Assembly: GCF_964204645.1 (NCBI RefSeq)
Contig: NC_134034.1
Span: 7,886,962 to 7,950,961, forward strand
Source: Tubulanus polymorphus
Taxonomy: Eukaryota > Animalia > Nemertea
Reading direction: 5' to 3'
Length of the DNA stretch: 64,000 bases
Position 1 is the first letter of the stretch, and each line of letters begins with the position of its first letter. Under the pieces are notes generated by a model that saw only the letters and a program-made list of their open reading frames with translations, was not told the origin of the DNA and ran no database searches. A program made the position numbers and the translations under genes. Below are positions 24,171 through 36,445 of the stretch, piece after piece.

Positions 24171-27100
24171 TTTAATAACGTATTTTTTATTAAAATTTGA
24201 TTAACATGTAATAATCCTTTTCATAATCTCATTCTCTTTTGTTTCTTCTCTTTTAAATTTTAAGTATTCATCTAAATTGCAACCATACGCGACTGTATGA
24301 ATTCCATCATCTAAAGTATATCTTTTATCATCGAAAGGAATCAAATTTATCCTCTCTATCTCTTCAATAAACATTTCGTCTTCTGATCTTAAACATTTCA
24401 TCTTATGTTTTCTAACTTCTTCATTGAATATACAATTGATGTAATCTTTGAAATGAATATTCTTTTCTACTACGCTTTTGGTAATTCCTTTTAACTTTTT
24501 AGCTTCATGTTCCTTAGTTCTATAACTATACATTTTAGATCGAATTCCAATGAACTCTATCATTTCTACACCTCCTAACTCATCTTTGAATTTACCGGGC
24601 ACCGTTTTATTATCATTGTTAAACATTGTTCATGATCTTTAGGATAATTACTCAAGTCGAAATGATGTTTTAATGTTTTTAAATCATCTGTTATATTATT
24701 AGTTTTTATCTTTAATATGTAACTGTCGGTATCAAAATATTAGATTTCTATATGCTTTTCTCCAAAATGAGGTTGTAATACGTTATAGTAAAATTCATAC
24801 ATAAGTAATTTTGATATTTCTAAAACTGAAGCACCAACATAAATTGGTTTATTTAATTTCATAGAAGTTCTCTTCATTTTAACTGCAGCTAAATTTTCAT
24901 CAAATATTCTGTAACCGATAAATTTAGGATATGTTTGTAAATGTCTAATTCTTTTACCATTGCTAACTAACTCAATATCATTTCTATTTCTGATATTCTC
25001 ACAAGTTTTTCCATAGAATTCATTAACTTGAAGAAATCTTTTTCGAAATCTGTTTTAGCTTTAGTTCTCTGTTTGGTGTTAAAATCTATATATTTTTCTA
25101 ACCATTTAGATTGACTGAATGAAATATATCTATGTACTTTTTTAGGATCATTCCTTGATTCAAATAGAATTTTAACATCCGATAATGCACTACATAATTA
25201 TATTTATCTTCCTGAGTTACCATCAACTTTTCTGTATGAATATGATTTTCAAGTTTAATTCTTTTTTGATAATTTGATAATTCTTCATGCGTTAAAGTTT
25301 TATGTTCGGGGCAGTATGCTAGATTTCTAGATTTAAATTTTTTATCTTCAGGATATTCTAAATCTACAACAAAAAAGTAACCAGTATCTGAATCATCTGC
25401 AATATCTAGAATTCTTTTCTTCCAATCAAATTTCTCAATTTGTAAAAACTTCAGTTATTTGAAATACTCCATAAGGCTGAGGCTCCATCATTACCCAACC
25501 ATATAAATTATTTGCATCTATATATAATAACATATCCAGGGATATCATTTACATTGAAATATCTATCACCTAATACACCTGAAACACCTCCTCTTATAGA
25601 TTTTTCACATAATAATAATTGATCTATATTTGTTAACAAATCCATTTTATACCTGTAAATTTCAAACCACAGTCCCAAGTTAAACCTGGTGATGAATAAC
25701 AATGACATGGATCAACATTAAAATATTTTAGATTAACGTCTCTAAACCTTTCATATATATTAGCTAATAATGATACATCTGATTTTAGATATAAATCTAC
25801 TAATTGTCCATGATTTTTCATTCCAAAATGATTCCAAATATTCAATGTTCTAATATATACTTCATTTTTAACATATTCATTTTTTAATTCATCACAAAAT
25901 TGTTCTTTTAATAATTCAGTTATGTTGAAATCATTATGCGATTTATAAAAAACTATATGGAATTGCTCCATTGTATCTCATTAATTGAAAATCATCATTA
26001 TTTGGATAGTGTTGTTGTAATATTTTTAATTCATCATCAACTAATGATTTTGATAAATTATCTAATGAACTAAATCTATATGAATCTATAAATCTTAGGC
26101 ACCCAAATTGGAAAGATATATAATTCTCAAATGTTTTAGCTAACATTTTAAATTTATAAGTTGGTATTTTATCTTTTGATCTATTTGAATTTACTCTTTC
26201 TATTTCATTATTGATTTCTTCTATTTTATGGCACAGTTGCTTGGTGAATAAATGTGCATCATACCCTGATAAATTATGAAATATAACTGAAACAAAGTTC
26301 ATTTTCTTTGCATGTAAGTAACAATTCTCATGCGCCGCACCTTTAAACTTTCGATTCAAATGATCATGGTCTCTTACTTTTTTATCTTTTAGATTAAATA
26401 TCTTTTCACAATAATAACATTTATCTGCAAACTCAAATTCGTCTTTATCTTCTTCGTTCATAATTATTTCTTTATTTGTATCTAATAGTTTACTAAATTT
26501 GATTTCATACTCAATTGATAAGTCACAAAAATGATTTATAACATTTTCATTTCTATAATGATAATATTCACTTTTAATTAGTTCTGGATAATCAGATTTT
26601 ATATATAACCCGAAAGCTGCAGCACTTTGACGAATCTTTTTAATAGTATTTGTTATTAGAGGATCTGAATAATCAATTACATCATTTTCATTAGAATTTA
26701 ATTTCTTTCGTTTATAATATATTTCTTTTCTATCTTGGTCAGTTAATTCTTTATTTAGTGATTCAAAATCTCCATATATTACAAATGGTACTTTATTCTT
26801 GTAATCATATTTTTCAAATTCTTATATTTTATCCTTTTCATTTGGTAAAACTATTTTACAATAATCATGATTTTCACATAATTGTTTATGATTTAATAAT
26901 GCACTTTCGGTTCTGAATTTAGTTATACATTTTCTACATAGATATATTTTATTATCAAAATCATTTTCTGATTTGAAAAATAAATCAATTCGTTTAATCC
27001 ACGTATAATGATTCTCATTATATAATATATCTATAACATCATTTGAATCATAATCTTTTGGTAAGTATAGTGGTTCTAATGTATAATGTTTCATATTATT

Positions 27101-28085
27101 ACCTTTTGTTCTTGGTAATTTGACTAAATCAAATACATTTATATTTATATTATTATCTCTTTCTATTTTTGGGATATTTTTAATGCTAACAGGATAACTG
27201 CCTATCTTATAATTATTTTCAAATGGTTTATAATTTGATACTCTACAAATATTATCAGTTGGAGGATGTAAGCAACTAATTATTGACCATAGAAAACATT
27301 TATCATCAGAATTTTGTACATTTATAACAGCATTAGTTTTAAATGGTAATTTGATATAACTTGATCCATTAATGTTATCATGTTTATAATATAATAAATT
27401 ATTTTCATCAATTGGTTTTGATTTAGTTACCTTATTATATTTTGTGTTATAAACATGTTAAGTCATAGATATTATTTCATTGAATATTAAACCAGATCCT
27501 TCAAAATATTTCTCTTCTATTTTACTTTTTATTTCATTATAACATTTATCTAATTTATCATCTAATTGTTTTTTTGAATTAATATGTTGTGAATGAGAAT
27601 TTATATTATATATTGGTTTATCTTCAGATTTTAAAAATGTTACCTAAACTGATATACTAATCTTAGGGTATTCTACACCAGTAATTATTTTTATAATATT
27701 TTTCATATTTTCTAAATGTTTTTTATTTTCTTCTAATGTTTTACCTTAATGAAATTTAAATTCAATGGCAGCTCAGTAATAGGGAATATGGGGGTTCAGA
27801 TCAAAGGTCGTAAGGTCGAAAAATAAATTCTCGCACACTCGAATTTATCTTTCGACCATCCAACCTTTGATCTGAACCCCCATATTCCCTATTACTTTAA
27901 GTTTAAATGTGTTAAATTTTTGATTTTAACATAAAAAGTACGAGTAATTAACAAGTGAAAACTTGCCTCGAGAAAACAGTTAATATTTATATTTTTATGT
28001 GTTAAATTCTTATCTTAACATAAAAGTAACGAGGAATTAACGAGTTGAAGAAAATATCAATTTGAATAAAAAATTTGATATTAAA

Positions 28086-28379
28086 ATGGAAGCAAATAAG
28101 TACTACTGTCCGACATGTAAAATCAATATAGATAAATCTAAAAAATCGAGACACAATAAAACTAAATCTCACTTAGAGAATAAATTAAAGTTAAAATATA
28201 AAGATGATATATTAGAAACTAAATAAGATGAATTAAAGAATGAAAAAGAAATATATAAATGTGATACATGTAATCAATCATTCAGTGAAAAAAGATATCA
28301 TAAAGAACATTCTAAGTCTAAAACTCATATTAGAAATATGAATAATGAGTTGAATGATATAAAAAGTAACGAGTATTGA
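28086..28379 (+). pseudogene. Stand-alone double zinc-finger ORF (E1), copy of the PolB N-terminus; inverted copy at ~29828-30163
   Basis: MEANKYYCPTCKINIDKS..H.....H..YKCDTCNQSFSEKRYHKEH....H, closely similar to 30556..30945; one in-frame stop in this copy, frameshift in the other. Confidence 0.75.
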
Positions 28380-28415
28380 AGAAAATATCAATTTTAATAA
28401 AAAAATGACTAATAA

Positions 28416-28991
28416 ATGAATGAACAGATACCACAGTTTAAAGATATCGATTTAAATGAATTAGAAAAATATTTTACAATTAACAATTTCATTCCTATTA
28501 AAGATTTGATTAAAACTGCGCGTCTTCGTTTTCAAGTGAAAAATATTACTGAATTAATGTTTAAAAATCATTATCTAATAATAGAGTTATCGAATGATAA
28601 AGATAAAATCTTATTCAATACAATAATTCCAAAATTCACAACATTTCATGAAATAGATAAACATTTAATAATTACAGATGAAATGCAAACACTTTTTGAT
28701 AATGAAAATTCACATAAAACAATATTTTTACACTTACGTTATTGCCCTTTCAGAGAATGCTATGTAATATTTTTCAGAGTAGAAGAAAAAAGATTAACCC
28801 CCGCCATTCCAATTGAAAAATCATTCGAAGATGTTGGAATTCAATGTAACTTAGACAATAAAATCGAAACACCTAAATATGAACCTAATGAAAAAGTGTT
28901 ATGTAATTGTGGAAAATATTATACTCGAAGCAATAAATCACACCATCTTAAATCAAAATATCATAACTCAAAAATAATGATTCAACTCTAA
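28416..28991 (+). CDS. Unknown 191-aa protein with C-terminal zinc-finger-like motif (E1)
   Basis: Intact ORF, TAAATG start, C-terminus homologous to 808..1458. Confidence 0.7.
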   Translation: MNEQIPQFKDIDLNELEKYFTINNFIPIKDLIKTARLRFQVKNITELMFKNHYLIIELSNDKDKILFNTIIPKFTTFHEIDKHLIITDEMQTLFDNENSHKTIFLHLRYCPFRECYVIFFRVEEKRLTPAIPIEKSFEDVGIQCNLDNKIETPKYEPNEKVLCNCGKYYTRSNKSHHLKSKYHNSKIMIQL

Positions 28992-29034
28992 TTATTTAAT
29001 ATTTTATAAACTGTTTAATTTTTCTTTTAATTAA

Positions 29035-29247
29035 ATGGAAGATTTTAGCATTCCAATTGGGAAAAGTGATTTGAAGCATTATCTTATAGCAGGAGGGTTA
29101 ATATTGGCTGCATTATATTTCTATCATGAAAATATAAGTAAGGATCTAATGAATGAAAATATTAAATTGAGCAAGAAATTAAAGGAGTTAAATGGAAATA
29201 AAAATAACAATAAAAAAATTAATGATTTAAAAGAATTAGAGGATTAA
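29035..29247 (+). CDS. Small single-TM protein (70 aa, E1)
   Basis: Paralogue of 45..263; TAAATG start. Confidence 0.65.
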   Translation: MEDFSIPIGKSDLKHYLIAGGLILAALYFYHENISKDLMNENIKLSKKLKELNGNKNNNKKINDLKELED

Positions 29248-29288
29248 GACAGAATCTTTTAATTTAATTTATTTTATATATTTTAACT

Positions 29289-29513
29289 ATGAAAATGAGT
29301 GAAAATATATTGAACTTATTACATCTGATATATAAAAATCAACAGAATATGAAATCAATTATTATGCTTACAGGTTTATTTTCTTTCTCAGTTTACAGTT
29401 TGAAACAGTTGTTAGAATTCTATGATAATTGCAAAATTAAATATACAAAATTAAAAGATAACGTAAATTATATTTCAGATCGAATAAATAATATTAAGTG
29501 TTGTGAAATTTGA
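29289..29513 (+). CDS. Small hydrophobic protein (E1), 3' end cut by the inversion junction
   Basis: MSENILNLL...IIMLTGLFSFSVYSL; homologous start region at window positions 1-45 (minus strand). Confidence 0.5.
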   Translation: MKMSENILNLLHLIYKNQQNMKSIIMLTGLFSFSVYSLKQLLEFYDNCKIKYTKLKDNVNYISDRINNIKCCEI

Positions 29514-31128
29514 AAGGGCAATAACGTAAGTGTAAAAATATTGTTTTATGTGAATTTTCATTATTAAAAAGTGTTTGCATTTCATCTGTAATTATTAAAT
29601 GTTTATCTATTTCATGAAATGTTGTGAATTTTGGAATTATTGTATTGAATAAGATTTTATCTTTATCATTCGATAACTCTATTATTGGATAATGATTTTT
29701 AAACATTGATTCAGTAATATTTTTCGCGCAGTTTTAATCAAATCTTTAATAGCAATGAAATTTTTAATTGTAAAATATTTTTCTAATTCATTTAAATCGA
29801 TATCTTTAAAATGTAGTATCTGTTCATTCATTTATTAGTCATTTTTTTTAAATTAAAATTGATATTTTCTTCAGTACTCGATACTCTTTTATTGTTTAAC
29901 TCATTATTCATATTTCTAATATGAGTTTTAGACTTAAAATGTTCTTTATGATATCTTTTTTCACTGAATGATTGATTACATGTATCACATTTATATATTT
30001 CTTTTTCATTCTTTAATTCATCTAATTTAGTTTCTAATATATCATCTTTATATTCTGACTTCAATTTATTCTCTCAGTGAGATTTAGTTTTATTGTGTCT
30101 TGATTTTTGAGATTTATCTATATTGATTTTACATGTCGGACAGTAGTACTTATTTGCTTCCATTTTAATATCAAATTTTTTATTCAAATTGATATTTTCT
30201 TCAACTCGTTAATTCCTCGTTACTTTTATGTTAAAATAAGAATTTAACACATACAAATATAAATATTCACTGTTTTCTCGACGCAAGTTTTCACTTGTTA
30301 ATTACTCGTACTTTTTATGTTAAAATCAAAAATTTAACACATTTAAACTTAAAGTAATAGGGAATATGGGGGTTCAGATCAAAGGTTGGATGGTCGAAAG
30401 ATAAATTCCGTCGAGTGTGCGAGAATTTATTTTTCGACCTTACGACCTTTGATCTACCCCCATATTCCCTATTACTCAGCTGGTCCAATATCACTTTTAA
30501 ATGCTTCGGTTATTTCTATTTCTTTTTTTATTATCTAATGAATTGATATAATTTCTTACATCTTCCATGTATGGTCTTTTATTTTATTGTTTAATATATT
30601 TTTTATTCTTTTAATTGTCTTCTGTTTCTCAGCATTATCATTATTAAAATAATCTTCACCTATAATATCATTATTGATATTTGTAATATGACTTTTAGAT
30701 TTTAAATGTTCTTTATAATATCTTTTGTCGCTGAATGATTGATTACATGTATCACATTTGTATATTTCTTTTTCATTCTTCATTTCCTCTAATTCAGTTT
30801 CTAATATATCATCTTTATATTTTAACTTACATCTATTCTCTAAATGTGTTCTAGTTTGATTATGTCTTGAGTTTTGGGATTTATCTATATTGATTTTCCA
30901 TGTTGGACAGTAGTACTTCTTATTTGCTTCCATTTTAATATCCAATTTTCTATTAAAATCGATTTTATATGTTATTCATTATATATATGAACATTTTAAG
31001 AGTAAATAGGAATAAGTTGTTCTAGATTAAAGGTTGAGGGGTCGCATTCATAAAAAATGAAAAATTTATCATTTTTTATGAATTCGACCTCTCGACCTTT
31101 GATCTAGAACAACTTATTCCTATTTACT

Positions 31129-34100
31129 TACAATGAACAATATACTTATGTTTATGATTTTGTGCTAGTATTAATTTTTGTGTAAAACATGATCTTTCGG
31201 TTTAATTTTTTTTCTGATATTCACTTATATTACTATCATCTACGACTAAATTTTCTGGGCAATAATGTAAGTTTCTTGTTTTAAACTATATGTTATCAGG
31301 ATATTCTAAATCAACTACAAAGAAATAACCAATTGGTGCATCATCTTTTAAACTCAAAATTGCGCTTTCCCAATCACTTCTGTAAATATAACATTTTTAC
31401 ATGGTTTTACATAGCCCACCCATAAAGATAATTATCGTCGATATATCGTAATTTATATTCATCATTTGCTTTAAAATGCCTCCCATGCCCCCACAAATTC
31501 CACCTCTTATAGATTTTTCAAACAATAATACCATGTCTGGTTCTTTTAATAAATGTAATTCTACATTTGTATATTTTAAACCACATTGCCAGGTTAAACC
31601 AGGACTTGAATAACAATAACAAGGGTCAACATTAAAATGGTTTAGATTAACTTCTCTAAACTTTTCAAATATATCTGCCAATATCATAATATCTGATTTT
31701 AAATATGAATCAACTGATTCGCCATGATTTTTAAAATTGAAATGATTCCATTCATTCAACGTTTTATTAAAGACTTCATCTTTCACATACTCATTCTTTA
31801 ATTGATCATAAAACTGTTAATTCAATAATTCTGTTTTTTTGAAATCATCGTGCGTTGTATAAAATAAATATGGTATTGCACCTTTACATCTTAATAATTT
31901 GAAGCCATGTTCATCTGGATAATAATAACGGGTTATTATAAAATCATTGACAACTAAACCCTTTGCTAAATTCTAACGAACTTGCTAGAAATCTAAAAGA
32001 ATCTGAAAATCTAATGCAACCAAATTGAAAGGAAATTTAATTTTCAGCTGTCTTAGCTAATAGTTTAAAATCATATTTTCTTACATTTGTGTCATTTATA
32101 GCATTATATTCTTCTATTTATTGATTGATTACACCTGATTTTCCTGATAGTTGTTTTATAGATGAATGGGTATCATAACCTGATAAATTATGAAATAATA
32201 TTGGTACGAAGTTAACTTTCTAAGCTTGTAAGTTGCAATCTTCATGATCAACTCCACGAGATTTTGCATTTAAATGATCATGATCTTTAACTTTTTTATC
32301 AAATGAATAAGAACGTTTTTCGCAATAACAACAATGAGTTGCATAATTAAAATCAACTTCATCTTCTTTGGTCATAATTATTTTTTTTTATTTAATGATT
32401 GTGCAAAATCACTTTCTAATTCAATTATTTTATTACAAAATTCGTTTACTACATCTTCACCTCTAAAACAAATATATTGACTTTCATATAATTCTGGATA
32501 ATTCCATACGCAGCAGCTCTTTGATGAACTTTTTTAATTGTATTTATAATTGGTGGGTCTTGTATTGTGTCTTCATTTAGTTCATTTCCTTTATCCATTG
32601 ATTTTAGAATTTGTTTTTGTTGTATATTTCTTTTCTAGCTTGGTCATTTAATTCTTTATTCAACGATTCAAAATCTCCATATATTACAAATGGAACAATA
32701 TTTTTAAATTTATGATTAGTAAATTTCAACTTATAAAATATTTTTCTGTTGGCATTATTAATTTACAAAAATCGTTATTATCACATAACTCTTTATGTTT
32801 TAATAATGCATTCTCTGTCATACATTTAGATGAACATTTTCTGCATAGATAAATTTTATGATGATGATCACTTTCTGTTTTAAAGAATATGAATCTATTT
32901 GTTTTAACCACATATAATGTTCATCTTCATCTTTTTATAGTATAATGAATCTATAACATTTTCATCATCATAATGTTTTGTTAGATATAATGCTTCCAAT
33001 GTATAATCATAAATATTTCCACCTTTTGTCTCTGGTAGTTGCATTAATTCGAATACATTTATTTTTAAATAATTAATTTTTATAGTAACTGGGTATTGAT
33101 CAATTTTATATAATGATTCATACTTCCGATAATCTGTTACTCTACAAACATTGTCCACAGTTGGGTGTAAACAACTAATAATTGACCATAGAAAACATTT
33201 GTTATCTTCATTTTGAACATTTATAACTGATTTCGTTGTAAATGCTAATTTAAGATAAGATGATGCTTCAATATCCTTTTCTGTTGTAAAGTTTGAATCA
33301 TTTGTAAACATTTTATTACTTTTTGATGTTTTATTTTTTTTGTATGATAGATATTTAAATCTAAAAATGTAATTTCATTCAATGATAAACCAGAACCTTC
33401 AGAATATCTTTCTTCAATATGACGTTTAAATTCATTAAATATTTTTTCTAACTTCCCTTTGATTTGTATTTTTGAAAGTATTTCTTCAGAGTGTGTTTGA
33501 ATATTATTATCCATTTTTTCTTCTGACTTTATAAACTTACTTTCCAAGAGGCACTTATTTGTGGATATTCAACATCTGTAACAAAGTCCATAAATTTTTC
33601 CATTATTTCAATATATTTGCTATAATCTTCTATTGTTGTTCCTTTAAAAAATCTAAATATTATAGCTGCCGGTCCAATTTTACTACATGTATGTAGTGTT
33701 TCTAAGATTTCAATTGTATCTTTTATATCTAGTGAAGCAATATAATTTTTAACATTTTCCATATAAGATTTATTTAAAATAGATTTAGTTTTTTCTATAG
33801 TTTTTTTTTACATGTTGATGTTTTTCATCAAAATAATCTATTCCTAAAAAATTTTTACTTAAATTTTTGTTGATGTTTTTGTGACTCAAGATGCCTATCA
33901 TAATTCCTTTTACTTATAAATTCACTACAAACATAACATTTGATTTCATCTACATTCATATTTTTAATCGTTCTTTTCATTCATTTGAACTTTCTGGTGT
34001 TTCAAAATCTATAACATTTTTTTTCTGATGATTTGTGTTTTTTCATGCCTTGATTTTTGTGACTTATCAATATATTTTTTACAGTATTGACATTAATATT

Positions 34101-34150
34101 GATTTTTATTATCATCAATTTTTTTTTCTTGTTGTTCACTGTCCCCTATT
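31129..34150 (-). mobile_element. Polinton-like element E3: decayed N-terminal two-thirds of pPolB, interrupted by E2
   Basis: KCFLWSIISCLHP, YGDFES, KDHDH, FHNLSGYDTH, YLKSDI, SIRGG; coding stops at ...KYIVHC against the E2 terminus. Confidence 0.88.
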
Positions 34151-34156
34151 TATTAG

Positions 34157-34660
34157 AGGAAAATCGATAGAAAGGCACGTCTCGGTCCCAAAATGCCGTT
34201 CAACGCGAGAAAAGCCGTTTTCTCGTCGATTTTCGTTGTATCGGAATAATGACTAATTCGATATGCAAAAGCGCTCAAATCGACGGGAAAGCCACATTTC
34301 GGCCCAAAAACACCGTTCAGCGTGAGAAAAGGCGTTTGCTCGTCGGTTTTCGTTCTATCGGAAAAGTGATTAAGTCGAGACGCAAAAACGCTCAAATCGT
34401 CAGGAAAAGCACATTTCGGACCGAAAACGTCGTTCGTCGCGAGAAAAGTCGTTTGCGCGTCGATTTTTCGTTCTTTCGGAAAAATGACAAAGTAGAAATT
34501 CAAAAACGCTCAAATCGCCAGGAAAGCGCATTTCGGCCCGAAAATCGATATCTGCAAAAGCGCCCTAATCGCCAGGAAAAGCGAACACAGCGTCCAGCGC
34601 GAGAAAAGTTGATTCTCGTCGATTTTTCGTTCTATCGGAAAAATAACAAGGTTGATATGC
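34157..34660. repeat. Diverged ~117-bp satellite-like tandem repeat, ~4 units
   Basis: AAARCGCTCAAATCG recurs at ~34268, 34385 and 34502; GCGAGAAAAG..CGTCGATTTT..CGGAAAA in each unit. Confidence 0.8.
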
Positions 34661-35233
34661 AAACTTTATGTTTTTACGTTAAACCCAAACAGTTTCTTTC
34701 AATCGGTGTCTCTATTCAAAATTAAAGTTCAAGTTGGAAAATTACCAATTTGAATCTTTTGGATTGACTGCTTGTTGGTTGCATCGTGATGAAGTAAACA
34801 TCCAATGGCTTCACTCTAGAACAGATTTCTCAAATTACATATCGCTTATTTTTTTTAATTAGAAAAAAATCCAATCAGAGTGACTTTTTACGGGAAACCC
34901 TCGATATATGTTCGAAATATCTGGCTTCCGAGTATATGTATATGCCATAACAGTAAGACCCTCTACATAGGTTTGTTGCTTTAAAGATTAAATGAACCGC
35001 GTGTTTATGCTCCTTCCTAATAATTTTCAATATCACCCCTGTAAACAAGCTTTCAAAAGTGTTAACAGAATAGCAAATGTATAGCGGATACATTAACAAT
35101 CAGTAAAATCCAAGCAAGTTCACGAACCGTGCCTCGTCGTGACAGCCGCTGGCTCCGTTGGTTTCCCAGTCGGTAAAAGTTTGCATTTTTTTTATATATA
35201 TATTCACGGACTGTTGATGATATAAAATCATAA

Positions 35234-35792
35234 GGCGCGTTCACACTTCGTACTTTAGCCCGATCTAAATTTGGTCCGTTCCAATCTAACATTTAGACAT
35301 ATATTTCCTGGCAAACGATAATTATGGCGACATCTTACGGGGCAAGTCATAACTGTAGGTAGCCAATTTAGCAACGCGTCAGTGGAGCGGTGTGGTCGGG
35401 TGGTTAGAGCGTTCGGCTCTGGGAAGCCAGGTCATGGGTTCGAACCCCGTACATTGCCGTAGTGTCCTCGGGCAAGACACTTATCCTCATTGCCACTCTC
35501 CACCCAGGAGTAAATGGGTACCTGGCCTGATAGATGACTCCTGAGCGCTTGTAAGCAGCTCGGTGTTACCTCTCCCCAGGGAGAGATGACTGATACATGT
35601 TATGTTAGAGTATAAAAATGGCCTCGGAAATAATACCGAAAATGTAAAGCGCTCTGAGCAGCCTGGCTGGATTTAGCGCTGTACAAGACACATATTATTA
35701 GTGAACGCACAGCACTGTGATTTTGTCTGTTCCAAATTTGGCCCTTTGCAGGTACGGACCCCGGTCTAACTGGTGGTAGTGTGAACGCGGCT
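35234..35792. mobile_element. Harbinger-like MITE interrupted by a SINE
   Basis: Ends GGCGCGTTCACACT / AGTGTGAACGCGGC. Confidence 0.55.
35384..35700 (+). mobile_element. tRNA-derived SINE with L2-like tail
   Basis: A box TGGTCGGGTGG, B box GGTTCGAACCC, body GTGTCCTCGGGCAAGACAC..CTCTCCACCCAGGAGTAAATGGGTACC, tail TGTAAAGCGCT..AGCGCT..TATTATTA. Confidence 0.85.
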
Positions 35793-36445
35793 ATACAGCG
35801 AATCAATGATCAGAAATGATGCAGTAGTATAAAGAGAATCGTTCCCTGGAGGAACTTGACTCTACCTTTGTCCGTTCTGTGTTTGTTATAACATTTTCAT
35901 AATTTCGTAAGCTATAGCGAGAATTATCGTCAGAGCATGGATGGTGTTTTGTCAATCGTGATGATGTGTTAACCGATGCAACCTAGAAACCTAGAGTTTG
36001 AGGTAACTTATACGCGCGAAACAAGCTTGTAGGACAATTCATCAGGTCCAACGACCCAGACAGTTAAGTATACTTTTAGCAAAATCGTTTCTGATAATCA
36101 ACCCCAACCCAAGCGCAAATTGTCCTCGGTAAGACTACCTGGATAATAACTCTCTTCAGACATACCGTACATCTTCCTCTTGGGACGTCATTTTCATAGA
36201 TAAAAGAATTCTGTTATAGATCGATCGAGAACAATATGTTGAAGAAAAAAATTACTATTCTTCTAATTCTATGTTGGTTTTGTATGACCATCTACGACTA
36301 TCAACGATAGTAAATTCGTGAAGTTAAATGGTAGAACGGCACTTTATTCAACTCTTACAAGGTTCCACCACTATCGAACTATTTACCCCCAGTATATAAT
36401 ACGTCATTCATGTTTAAGTTCGTTTTATTTTGCCTCGCTTAGTAT

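Larger units (their letters stand above)
27775..30476. mobile_element. Non-autonomous 2.7-kb Polinton-like element E1 with ~970-bp inverted arms and palindromic termini
   Basis: AGTAAT...ATTACT ends; arms 27775-28752 and 29511-30476; flanks CAGCTC/CAGCTG. Removing it restores the PolB frame IGPAAIEFKF. Confidence 0.9.
24201..30933 (-). pseudogene. Protein-primed family B DNA polymerase of E2 (N-terminal double zinc finger, EndoVII-like insert), split by E1 at 27775-30476
   Basis: YGDFES (ExoI), CYYC..RDHDH, FHNLSGYDAHL (ExoII), YLKSDV (ExoIII), SIRGG, YIDANNLYG (motif A), FYGKT, DTDS, GKFKDE, KLKGI; many frameshifts. Confidence 0.93.
19279..31128 (-). mobile_element. Polinton/Maverick-like endogenous virus-like element E2 (left part lost at the BEL insertion), containing nested E1
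   Basis: Very AT-rich; nine tightly packed co-oriented genes including protein-primed PolB and a penton-like gene; right terminus ...TATTTACT at 31128. Integrase, ATPase and major capsid not recognised in the surviving part. Confidence 0.85.

Noticed and set aside
29511-30476. Assembly artefact (inverted read chimera)
   Set aside because: Arms differ by multiple substitutions and indels, and the unit has TSD-like flanks that restore the target frame; long-read confirmation still desirable.
19279-34150. Free virus or contaminant contig
   Set aside because: ORFs are pseudogenised and interrupted by a host LTR element, contiguous with host sequence.
34035-34725. ORFs 34153..34503 and 34249..34725 as genes
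   Set aside because: They run through a 117-bp (multiple of 3) tandem repeat; no protein motifs.
35384-35455. tRNA gene (also 13035-13097)
   Set aside because: Pol III boxes are present but the cloverleaf is incomplete; the 35384 copy continues into a SINE body and tail.
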